Assembly: GCA_022763185.1 (NCBI GenBank)
Contig: JALEGL010000012.1
Span: 65,546-129,545, forward strand
Reading direction: 5' to 3'
From: a bacterium
Lineage (GTDB): Bacteria > Bdellovibrionota_G > JALEGL01
Length of the DNA stretch: 64,000 bases
Shown here in pieces: positions 56,502 to 64,000 of the stretch. Below the pieces are notes generated by a model that saw only the letters and a list, made by a program, of their open reading frames with translations, made no database searches and was not told the origin of the DNA. Positions within the stretch are counted from its first letter, which is position 1; each line of letters opens with the position of its first letter. Made by a program: the position numbers and the translations under genes.

Positions 56502-58085
56502 GTGATTATTCAAAGTACAATCCATTCAGAATCAAAAGAATTTAAAGAAAATTACGCATACCACAAAGATCTTTGGCAAGACCATCAACAAAAATTAGAT
56601 GCCGTTGCCAAGGGTGGGGGCGAAACTTACTTAAAAAAACATCAAGCAAAAGGTAAGTTGTATGTCCGTGATAGAATTGCTTATTTAATTGATGAAGGCA
56701 GTAGTTTTTTAGAGCTTTCGCCCCTTGCCGCCTATGGTCAATATGACAATGCCGTAGCCAGCGCTGGTCTTGTCTGTGGTATTGGCAAAGTTAAGGGTAA
56801 CTCAGTCATGATTATTGCCAATGACGCTACGGTTAAAGGTGGAACGTACTTTCCACAAACGGTTAAAAAACACTTACGAGCTCAGGAAGTTGCTTTAGAG
56901 CATAAGTTGCCCTGTATTTATCTTGTTGATTCTGGTGGAGCATTTTTACCTCTGCAAGCAGAAGTCTTTCCCGATAAGCTGCATTTTGGCCGTATTTTTT
57001 ACAATCAAGCGCAAATGTCTGCTCAGGGAATAGCGCAAATAGCGTGTGTGATGGGGTCGTGTACGGCTGGTGGAGCCTATGTCCCAGCTATGAGTGATGA
57101 AACAGTGATTGTAAAAGGTCAAGGCACTATTTTTTTGGGAGGTCCTCCCTTGGTTAAAGCAGCCACCGGAGAAGATGTCACGGCAGAAGAATTGGGGGGT
57201 GGCGATGTGCATGCTAAAAAATCAGGTGTTGTGGATCATCTGGCCAAAGATGATCACGATGCCCTGGATAAAGTTAGGCAGATTGTAAGTCATTTGAATA
57301 TTAAAAAACATAAGCTGGTCATGAGGGATCAAGAACCTCTGTATGACAGTTCCAGCATATGGGGCGTCATACCCAAATCACCCAATACCAGCTATGATGT
57401 GCGTGAAGTGATTGCAAGACTTGTTGATCATAGTGAATTTGATGAGTTTAAAGCCTTGTATGGGACAACTTTGGTTTGTGGTTTTGCCAAGGTTTGGGGG
57501 CAAACAATAGGTATTGTGGCCAACAACGGTGTGCTGTTTTCACAAAGTGCTCAAAAAGGCGCGCATTTTATTGAGTTGTGTTGTCAAAGAAAAGTGCCTT
57601 TATTATTTTTGCAAAACATTACCGGCTTCATGGTGGGTAAAAGTTACGAAGAGGGTGGTATTGCCAAAGATGGTGCCAAGTTGGTCATGGCAGTATCTAA
57701 CGCTCAAGTCCCTAAATTTTCTGTTGTCATTGGAGGAAGTTTTGGCGCGGGTAATTATGGCATGTGTGGTAGAGCTTATGACCCCAACTTTTTATGGATG
57801 TGGCCCAATGCAAGAATATCGGTGATGGGAGGCCAACAGGCCGCCAATGTTCTGTGGACGCTCAAGCAAATGCAGGGCAAAGCCAAAGATTTCGATGAGG
57901 CCAGTTTTAAGCAACCGATTTTGGACAAATATGAAGCCGAAGGCTCACCTTATTACAGCACCTCTCGTTTATGGGACGATGGTATCATTGATCCAAGACA
58001 AACCAGAAATACTTTGGCTTTGGCCATAAACTTAAGTTTAGAAAACCCTATACCCGACACCCAATTTGGTGTTTTTAGAATGTGA
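56502..58085 (+). CDS. liuB: Methylcrotonyl-CoA carboxylase beta subunit (carboxyltransferase)
   Basis: Acyl-CoA carboxyltransferase fold, 527 aa. Assigned to MCCase rather than PCCase because it is followed by methylglutaconyl-CoA hydratase, a biotin carboxylase and HMG-CoA lyase. Confidence 0.75.
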   Translation: MIIQSTIHSESKEFKENYAYHKDLWQDHQQKLDAVAKGGGETYLKKHQAKGKLYVRDRIAYLIDEGSSFLELSPLAAYGQYDNAVASAGLVCGIGKVKGNSVMIIANDATVKGGTYFPQTVKKHLRAQEVALEHKLPCIYLVDSGGAFLPLQAEVFPDKLHFGRIFYNQAQMSAQGIAQIACVMGSCTAGGAYVPAMSDETVIVKGQGTIFLGGPPLVKAATGEDVTAEELGGGDVHAKKSGVVDHLAKDDHDALDKVRQIVSHLNIKKHKLVMRDQEPLYDSSSIWGVIPKSPNTSYDVREVIARLVDHSEFDEFKALYGTTLVCGFAKVWGQTIGIVANNGVLFSQSAQKGAHFIELCCQRKVPLLFLQNITGFMVGKSYEEGGIAKDGAKLVMAVSNAQVPKFSVVIGGSFGAGNYGMCGRAYDPNFLWMWPNARISVMGGQQAANVLWTLKQMQGKAKDFDEASFKQPILDKYEAEGSPYYSTSRLWDDGIIDPRQTRNTLALAINLSLENPIPDTQFGVFRM

Positions 58086-58091
58086 GCGTGA

Positions 58092-58871
58092 TTGATGTCA
58101 GCCGTAAATATTGAGCATAGCCAAACGCAAAGTCATATTATTTTAAATCGTCCTCAGCACAGCAATGCTTTAACTGAGGCCATGCTTTTAGAGTTAAGTG
58201 ATGCATTCAAAAACATTCCTAAGAGCTCTAAAATATTAACAATTTCTGCCAATGGAAAGCATTTTTGTGCCGGTGCAGATTTGAACTGGATGCGACAATC
58301 CAAAGACTTAAGTGAAGAAGAGAACCTTGCTTCAGCTGAAAATTTATTCAACATGTACTTGGCCTTGTATGAATGCCCCATACCTGTTGTAAGTCATGTT
58401 CATGGTGCTGTGATGGGTGGCGCTTTGGGTTTGGTTGCTTGTTCTGATATTGTCATTGCGCAAGACAATGCTTTTTTTAGTTTGAGTGAGGCCAAATTAG
58501 GCATTGTGCCGGCCACTATTTCTCCTTTTGTCATACAAAAAATAGGTTATTCACAGTTTTTAGCTTTGTCCTTGCAGGCTAGAAAGTTTTCGGCACCAGA
58601 AGCTTTGAATTTTGGCTTGGTTCATCAGTGCATTGCTGGGCAAGAGGAAAGTAAAAAAGTATTTTTAAAAACATGTGAAGACACTTTAAGTAACTCGCCC
58701 TATGCACTTAAAATCATTAAACAATTATCTAGGCAATATTTACCTTTAAAACCTGAAAATTTTGCTCAATATACATCCAAACTGATTGCGCAGTGTCGGG
58801 TATCTCATGATGGCCAGGAAGGTTTAAATGCATTTTTTGAAAAACGTAAGCCGCAGTGGAGTGAAGCATGA
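58092..58871 (+). CDS. liuC: Enoyl-CoA hydratase (methylglutaconyl-CoA hydratase)
   Basis: Crotonase fold ('FCAGADLNWM', 'GGALGLVACSDIVIA'). 259 aa. Confidence 0.75.
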   Translation: MMSAVNIEHSQTQSHIILNRPQHSNALTEAMLLELSDAFKNIPKSSKILTISANGKHFCAGADLNWMRQSKDLSEEENLASAENLFNMYLALYECPIPVVSHVHGAVMGGALGLVACSDIVIAQDNAFFSLSEAKLGIVPATISPFVIQKIGYSQFLALSLQARKFSAPEALNFGLVHQCIAGQEESKKVFLKTCEDTLSNSPYALKIIKQLSRQYLPLKPENFAQYTSKLIAQCRVSHDGQEGLNAFFEKRKPQWSEA

Positions 58872-60796
58872 AGCGAGAATTGAACCAGCACAAAGTATTT
58901 ATTGCCAATCGGGGGGAGGTTGTTTCAAGGCTGTGTAAAACTCTAAAAAAACTCAACATTGAATCCGTGGGCTTGGCTTGTAAAGAGGACTTATCACAAT
59001 ATACAAAGCATCTGGATGAAGTCATATGGATAGAAGCTAAAGCCATGCAAACGGTTTTTACCGATGCAAAAGCCATGATCACGCATGCTAAAAGTCAAGA
59101 TTGTACCGCGATTCATCCAGGCTGGGGATTTCTTTCTGAAAATGCAGATTTTGCTCAAGCCTGCAAAGACAATGGAATTGTTTTTATTGGCCCCAAGCCC
59201 TCATCGATCAGAGCTTTTGCTGACAAAGCCAAAGCCAAAAGCATTGCTATCGATGCAGGTTTAAGTGTTTTACATAGTGTAGATGAAGCCAACTTTGAGC
59301 ATACAGAAAGCTTTATTGATGCAATAAAAAAAACCTTATCGTTGCCTATTATTTTAAAGCCAGCCCTTGGGGGTGGGGGCAAAGGCATGACCATTGTGAG
59401 AGATATCAATGAACTTAAAGAAGCGGTGGCTTCAGCCAAAAGAGTTGCTCAAGCAGCCTTTGCTGATGCAAGCTTGTTGGCTGAACCGTATTTAGAAAAA
59501 GCGCGTCATGTTGAGGTGCAGGTTTTTTCTACAGGAGAGAAAGCCTATCATTTTAAAACCCGTGATTGCACCATGCAAAGGCGTTATCAAAAAATTATAG
59601 AAGAAAGTCATTCTACTTTTTTAGATGATGAACAAGAAGCTCAAGTCTGTCAACAAGCCGTTGATTTGGTGGAGTCCATTGGCTATGAAAGTTTGGGAAC
59701 TGTTGAGTTTATCATTGATCAAAACAAAAAAGCTTATTTTATGGAAATGAATACACGCCTGCAAGTAGAGCATGGTGTAACAGAGTTGATTTTTGCTCTT
59801 GATTTGGTGGAATTGCAAGTCAAACATGCATTGGGTGAGACCGTCACTCTTGCTGAGGACTTAAAGCCGAATGGACACGCTATTGAGGTAAGAGTTTATG
59901 CAGAAAACACTTTAAAAGATTTTGTTCCTGCCAACGGTCAGGTTAGGGCCATTGAGTTTTCGTCAAGTATTGATAGAATTGAATGTGATGTTGCAAAGGG
60001 CACGATGGTTGGCAACAACTTTGACCCAATGATCGCCAAAGTTTTGGTTTGGTCAGAAAGCCGAGATCAAGCCATTTCAAAAATGTTACAGATGCTTAAA
60101 GACAGTTATATTTTAGGTGTGCAAAATAACATGAATTTTGTGCAATGGCTGTTAACGGCCAATGATTTTGTAGACGGAAAACATGATATTCAATGGATTG
60201 ATCGCCATTATCAAGATTATGTCAAATATGAAGCGAGTTACTTTGAAACACAAGCGATTTACAACTTAATTTATAGCGTTGAACATCTCGCAGAAGATAA
60301 AAACCACAATCCGTGGTACCACAATTCACTTCCATCCAATCTTCCAGCCAGAGATCAAGCTCAAAATCTGTATAAAACTGCAATGAATGAACTGTTGCCT
60401 TATCCCCAACAGCTTGAAAAGTTGCCCTTAACAAAAACACATCAGGAGCATGTTTTTAGTTTAGCCAATGGAGACAAGCTGATTATGATAGCCGCAAATA
60501 ATGCGCTATATCTGCATATAGATGGCAAGCAGATTACTTTAAAGAAGGCTCAACGCTTACAATCTGAAGATGAAGACGCGGCTTTAAACCACTGTAAAGC
60601 TCCGCTCAACGGTCTGGTTAAGGCTGTATTTACAGAAAAAGGACAAAGCGTTAAAAAAAATGATGTCCTGTTAACCATAGAAGCCATGAAAATGGAGTAT
60701 AAAATACTTGCCCCAAGGGACGCCGTGATAAAAAAGGTAATGGTTCAAGAAAACCAACAAGTAAATGAAGAACAACATTTGCTTGAGTTGGAATAA
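58868..60796 (+). CDS. liuD: Methylcrotonyl-CoA carboxylase alpha subunit (biotin carboxylase + BCCP)
   Basis: ATP-grasp biotin carboxylase. C-terminal biotinyl domain 'EAMKMEYKILAP'. 642 aa. Confidence 0.8.
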   Translation: MKRELNQHKVFIANRGEVVSRLCKTLKKLNIESVGLACKEDLSQYTKHLDEVIWIEAKAMQTVFTDAKAMITHAKSQDCTAIHPGWGFLSENADFAQACKDNGIVFIGPKPSSIRAFADKAKAKSIAIDAGLSVLHSVDEANFEHTESFIDAIKKTLSLPIILKPALGGGGKGMTIVRDINELKEAVASAKRVAQAAFADASLLAEPYLEKARHVEVQVFSTGEKAYHFKTRDCTMQRRYQKIIEESHSTFLDDEQEAQVCQQAVDLVESIGYESLGTVEFIIDQNKKAYFMEMNTRLQVEHGVTELIFALDLVELQVKHALGETVTLAEDLKPNGHAIEVRVYAENTLKDFVPANGQVRAIEFSSSIDRIECDVAKGTMVGNNFDPMIAKVLVWSESRDQAISKMLQMLKDSYILGVQNNMNFVQWLLTANDFVDGKHDIQWIDRHYQDYVKYEASYFETQAIYNLIYSVEHLAEDKNHNPWYHNSLPSNLPARDQAQNLYKTAMNELLPYPQQLEKLPLTKTHQEHVFSLANGDKLIMIAANNALYLHIDGKQITLKKAQRLQSEDEDAALNHCKAPLNGLVKAVFTEKGQSVKKNDVLLTIEAMKMEYKILAPRDAVIKKVMVQENQQVNEEQHLLELE

Positions 60797-60804
60797 GCAT
60801 AGCT

Positions 60805-61656
60805 ATGGACATACAGATTAAAGAAATGGGCCCGCGTGATGGTTTACAAAACATTAAACAGGTCATTCCTACAGAAATCAAAATAAAGCTGATTGAGTTG
60901 CTCACTCAAACTGGCTTACAATACATAGAGTTGGGTGCATTTGTTTCGCCTAAAGCTGTGCCACAAATGGCCGATACACAAGCGATTCTTGCTGCAACTC
61001 AAGCATTGACCAAAAATATACAAACATCCGTACTTGTGCCTAATTTAAAAGGTTTGGACATGGCCATTGAAAGTGACATGCAAGAAGTGGCTGTTTTTAC
61101 AGCGGCTTCAGAAACATTCAATCAAAAAAACATCAATGCCAGTATAGAGCAAAGTTTTGTGCGTTTTAAGCCTGTCATTGAAAAAGCCTTGCTGCATAAA
61201 ATAAAAGTAAGAGCTTATGTGTCCACGGCTTTTGTCTGCCCCTATGAAGGCGATATCAATCCAGATAAAGTGGTGAGTATTGTTGAAAAGTTATTCAATA
61301 TGGGTTGCTATGAGGTGTCCATTGGCGATACCATTGGCAAAGCCAGTCCACGACAAATCAAGACCTTGTATCAGATGACTGAAAAAATGGGTTTAAATCC
61401 ATTTTTAGCAGGTCATTATCATGACACCTATGGCTTGGCTTTATGCAATGTTTATGAAAGTTTGCAGCAGGGAATTAGAGTCTTTGATACATCGATTGCT
61501 GGCTTGGGAGGCTGCCCTTATGCACCCGGCGCTAAAGGCAATTTAGCCACTGAAAAATTGCTTTATTTCTGTGAACGAGAAAATATAAATACAGCTCTTA
61601 ACGCTTCTAAACTAGAGCCGGTATTAAATTATGCAAAAACCAATATTCCATCCTAA
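60805..61656 (+). CDS. liuE: Hydroxymethylglutaryl-CoA lyase
   Basis: HMGL-like TIM barrel ('GPRDGLQN', 'GLGGCPYAPGAKGN'). 283 aa. Confidence 0.85.
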   Translation: MDIQIKEMGPRDGLQNIKQVIPTEIKIKLIELLTQTGLQYIELGAFVSPKAVPQMADTQAILAATQALTKNIQTSVLVPNLKGLDMAIESDMQEVAVFTAASETFNQKNINASIEQSFVRFKPVIEKALLHKIKVRAYVSTAFVCPYEGDINPDKVVSIVEKLFNMGCYEVSIGDTIGKASPRQIKTLYQMTEKMGLNPFLAGHYHDTYGLALCNVYESLQQGIRVFDTSIAGLGGCPYAPGAKGNLATEKLLYFCERENINTALNASKLEPVLNYAKTNIPS

Positions 61657-61704
61657 GCGTTGAGTAAAACTTTACTTTTTTGATGGCTTTAGTAGTTAGC
61701 CCTT

Positions 61705-63105
61705 ATGCTCAAAAATACAGACTATCGTATAGAAAAAGATTCCATGGGAGAAATGCAGGTTCCTAAAAACGCTTATTATGCGGCACAAACGCAAAGGGCA
61801 GTGTTAAATTTTCCTATCAGTTCTTATACCATCCCTAGGGTTATGATTCAGGCTTTGGGAGAAATTAAGAGAGCCGCAGCCATTGCCAATGCTGAGTTGG
61901 GGTGTATCAGTTCTGAACAATCAAAAGCCATAGTTGAAGCGGCAGAACAGGTGATTGCCGGTGAGTTTGATGATCAATTTGTGGTGGATATCTTTCAGAC
62001 TGGGTCTGGGACCTCTTCCAATATGAATACAAACGAAGTAATTTCCAATAGAGCCACAGAAATTTTGGGTGGAGAAAAAGGCAGTAAGCTGATTCATCCC
62101 AACGATCATGTCAACTATGGCCAATCTTCCAATGATGTGTTTCCTACAGCCATGCATATAGCCACCAGTTTACACTTTAACAAAGTATTGCTGCCCGCCA
62201 TGCGGCGCTTGCATACAGCTTTGGATGAAAAAGCCCATGAATTTGATGACATTGTTAAAATTGGTCGGACGCATTTACAAGACGCAACTCCCATTACAAT
62301 GGGACAGGTATTTTCAGGCTATGCTTTTCAAGTGCAAGAAGCCATAGAAAGAATAGAACGGGCTTTAATTTCAATCAGTGAACTGGCTTTGGGCGGAACA
62401 GCCGTTGGAACCGGTTTAAATACTAAAGAAGCTTTTCCAAAACACGCCATTGCCGAAATTGCCAAACATACACAGTTACAATTTTCTGAAACTCGCAATC
62501 ACTTTGCCGCGCAAGCGTGTAAAGATGCCATTGTTGAAGCCAGTGCAGTTTTAAAAGGTTTTGCTGTAAGCTTCATGAAAATTGCCAATGATATTAGACT
62601 TTTGGGCTCAGGACCTCGCTGTGGTATTGGCGAGTTGCTTTTACCCGAAACGCAACCCGGCTCATCGATTATGCCAGGCAAAGTCAACCCTGTGATTGCT
62701 GAATCGGTTTGCATGGTTTGTGCGCAAGTGATGGGTAACGATGCAGCGGTGACCATGGGTGGTCAAGCCGGTAACTTTGAGCTCAACGTCATGATGCCCA
62801 TGATGATTCACAATGTATTGCAAAGCAGTGAGCTTTTGGCCAATTCTTGTCACAACTTTGTAGAGCGTTGTATTGATGATTTGGGTGTAAATAAAGAACG
62901 CTGTGAAGCCTTGATTGAAGAAAGTTTGGCCATGTGTACCTCATTGGCACCTTTGATTGGCTATGATGAAGCGGCGGCCATTGCTAAAGAAGCCTATAAA
63001 AGTGGTAAAACTGTCCGCGAAGTTGCTTTGGCAAAAAATATTTTGGATGAGACAAAACTTAATGAAGCCTTAAATCCAAAACGTATGACCCAAAGAGATG
63101 CATAA
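61705..63105 (+). CDS. fumC: Fumarate hydratase class II
   Basis: Signature 'GSSIMPGKVNP'. 'QSSNDVFPTAMHIA'. 466 aa. Confidence 0.9.
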   Translation: MLKNTDYRIEKDSMGEMQVPKNAYYAAQTQRAVLNFPISSYTIPRVMIQALGEIKRAAAIANAELGCISSEQSKAIVEAAEQVIAGEFDDQFVVDIFQTGSGTSSNMNTNEVISNRATEILGGEKGSKLIHPNDHVNYGQSSNDVFPTAMHIATSLHFNKVLLPAMRRLHTALDEKAHEFDDIVKIGRTHLQDATPITMGQVFSGYAFQVQEAIERIERALISISELALGGTAVGTGLNTKEAFPKHAIAEIAKHTQLQFSETRNHFAAQACKDAIVEASAVLKGFAVSFMKIANDIRLLGSGPRCGIGELLLPETQPGSSIMPGKVNPVIAESVCMVCAQVMGNDAAVTMGGQAGNFELNVMMPMMIHNVLQSSELLANSCHNFVERCIDDLGVNKERCEALIEESLAMCTSLAPLIGYDEAAAIAKEAYKSGKTVREVALAKNILDETKLNEALNPKRMTQRDA

Positions 63106-63121
63106 AATAAAGGAGTGAAGC

Positions 63122-63607
63122 ATGCCCAGTTTTGATATTGTTAACGAGATTGATTTTTCTGAAATAGATAATGCCTTAAATCAGGCCAATAGAGAGTTAA
63201 CCCAGCGTTTTGATTTTAAAGGCAGTAATACAAGCATAGAACGTAAAGATAAAGAAATCATGGTCAACTCGGCAGATGATTATAAAGTTCAAGCTGCGGT
63301 TGATGTTTTACAGGCTAAATTAGCTAAAAGAAGCGTTTCGTTAAAGTCTTTGGAACTAGGAAGGGTTGAACCTGCCGGTGGTGGGAGAGCCAAACAAAAC
63401 ATTAAAGTGGTAGAAGGCATTGATAAAGAAAAAGCCAAAGAATTGGTTAAAAAAATCAAAGATTCTAAATTGAAAGTACAAGCGTCTATTCAAGGTGAAG
63501 CTGTGCGGGTCACAGGAAAAAAACGCGACGATCTCCAAGACGTGATTGCCTTATTAAAAGGTTTAGATTTTAGTTTGCCACTGCAATTTAATAATTTCAG
63601 AGATTGA
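63122..63607 (+). CDS. yajQ: YajQ-family nucleotide (c-di-GMP)-binding protein
   Basis: 'MPSFDIVNEIDFSEIDNALNQANRELTQRFDFKGS' is the canonical YajQ/UPF0234 N-terminus. 161 aa. Confidence 0.88.
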   Translation: MPSFDIVNEIDFSEIDNALNQANRELTQRFDFKGSNTSIERKDKEIMVNSADDYKVQAAVDVLQAKLAKRSVSLKSLELGRVEPAGGGRAKQNIKVVEGIDKEKAKELVKKIKDSKLKVQASIQGEAVRVTGKKRDDLQDVIALLKGLDFSLPLQFNNFRD

Positions 63608-63788
63608 ATACTGCTGCTAAGCGGCTGCTTAAAATTGACTCAAAATCAAAACCAAACTTTGCTCACTGCTTAAATATAAGCAGAGGAGCTATAGTGATAA
63701 TCAGCACTTATATGTATGGCATATAAGTTGCTTTAACAAACCTTGTCCATTGTTAGATAATCTAAATTTCATTGAGCTCGAGGTTGAA

Positions 63789-64000
63789 ATGAATACAATC
63801 AAAATATTTAGTTTTAGTGTTAGTATGCTTCTAAGCGGTATACTCATCATGGCATGTGGTAGCACTAGTATAAGCACAATGTCAGCAGATTCTTATGTTG
63901 CCTATCATCACCCTGATGAAGTCTCTGCCTACTACACTATTAATGATGGTTTTTCTCCTTACACGCGTCAAGCAGCTGTCATTGTTAGGTTTAGTAAAGA
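63789..64000 (+). CDS. Lipoprotein (partial, truncated by the window end)
   Basis: ATG at 63789. Signal and lipobox 'LLSGILIMACGS'. Runs off the window. Confidence 0.4.
   Translation, partial: MNTIKIFSFSVSMLLSGILIMACGSTSISTMSADSYVAYHHPDEVSAYYTINDGFSPYTRQAAVIVRFSK

Noticed and set aside
63706-63728. Hairpin ACTTATAT-gtatggc-ATATAAGT downstream of yajQ
   Set aside because: AT-rich 8-bp stem without a flanking T-run; insufficient for a terminator call.
1-64000. Searched for CRISPR arrays, tRNA/rRNA genes, and IS, transposase or integrase genes
   Set aside because: No arrays of short direct repeats with unique spacers were found. No cloverleaf-compatible GC-rich ~75-nt segments were found. No transposase or integrase-like ORFs were found. 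The only GC-rich intergenic patch (15600-15710) lacks tRNA T-loop and anticodon architecture.

Overview
This is a low-GC (~35-40% by eye) bacterial chromosomal window with dense, mostly non-overlapping genes and no rRNA, tRNA, CRISPR or transposase that I could detect. The housekeeping core is recognisable from hallmark motifs: a DHH phosphoesterase and an FAD-linked oxidase; an ExbB-ExbD-TonB-TonB-dependent-receptor-lipoprotein cluster followed by a nucleoside hydrolase; nadA, a CDP-alcohol phosphatidyltransferase, a GNAT acetyltransferase and a NupC nucleoside transporter; protoporphyrinogen oxidase (hemY), hemE and nadD; a MiaB/MtaB-family radical-SAM enzyme, rnc and der; gap (GAPDH), heme O synthase (ctaB) followed by an ABC-2 exporter; metH and mscL; a leucine-catabolic block (MCCase beta, methylglutaconyl-CoA hydratase, MCCase alpha, HMG-CoA lyase); and fumC and yajQ. 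The accessory part runs from about 19.7 to 50.7 kb. It is dominated by secreted, lipoprotein and outer-membrane genes, several carrying thrombospondin-type-3 Ca-binding repeats. The most system-like content is a gliding-motility-like envelope machine at 30.7-44.4 kb. It comprises a TolQ/TolR/TolR motor, an FHA protein with a TM helix, a KP-rich linker and a TonB-C-like domain (AgmX/PglI = GltG/GltJ-like), a 1078-aa and a 490-aa TPR protein (GltD/GltE-like sizes), and an OM beta-barrel. The motor operon is interrupted by a conspicuously AT-rich ~2.3-kb island encoding two orphan proteins. Other notable items are: a ~86-bp cis element duplicated upstream of two adjacent secreted-protein transcription units (a vWA-lipoprotein-CxxCH operon and an S8 subtilisin); Cys-containing C-terminal hydrophobic tails with basic ends on two secreted proteins (MYXO-CTERM-like); a Tat-signal protein plus CxxCH-lipoprotein operon bracketed by two paralogous SH3b-Pro-rich-beta-barrel OMPs; a 17-bp perfect inverted repeat rich in AAAGGTA upstream of nadA; and a GC-rich double hairpin in the nadD leader. 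Taxonomic inference, low-moderate confidence: a Bdellovibrionota/Myxococcota-type gliding predator such as a Bacteriovorax-like organism.
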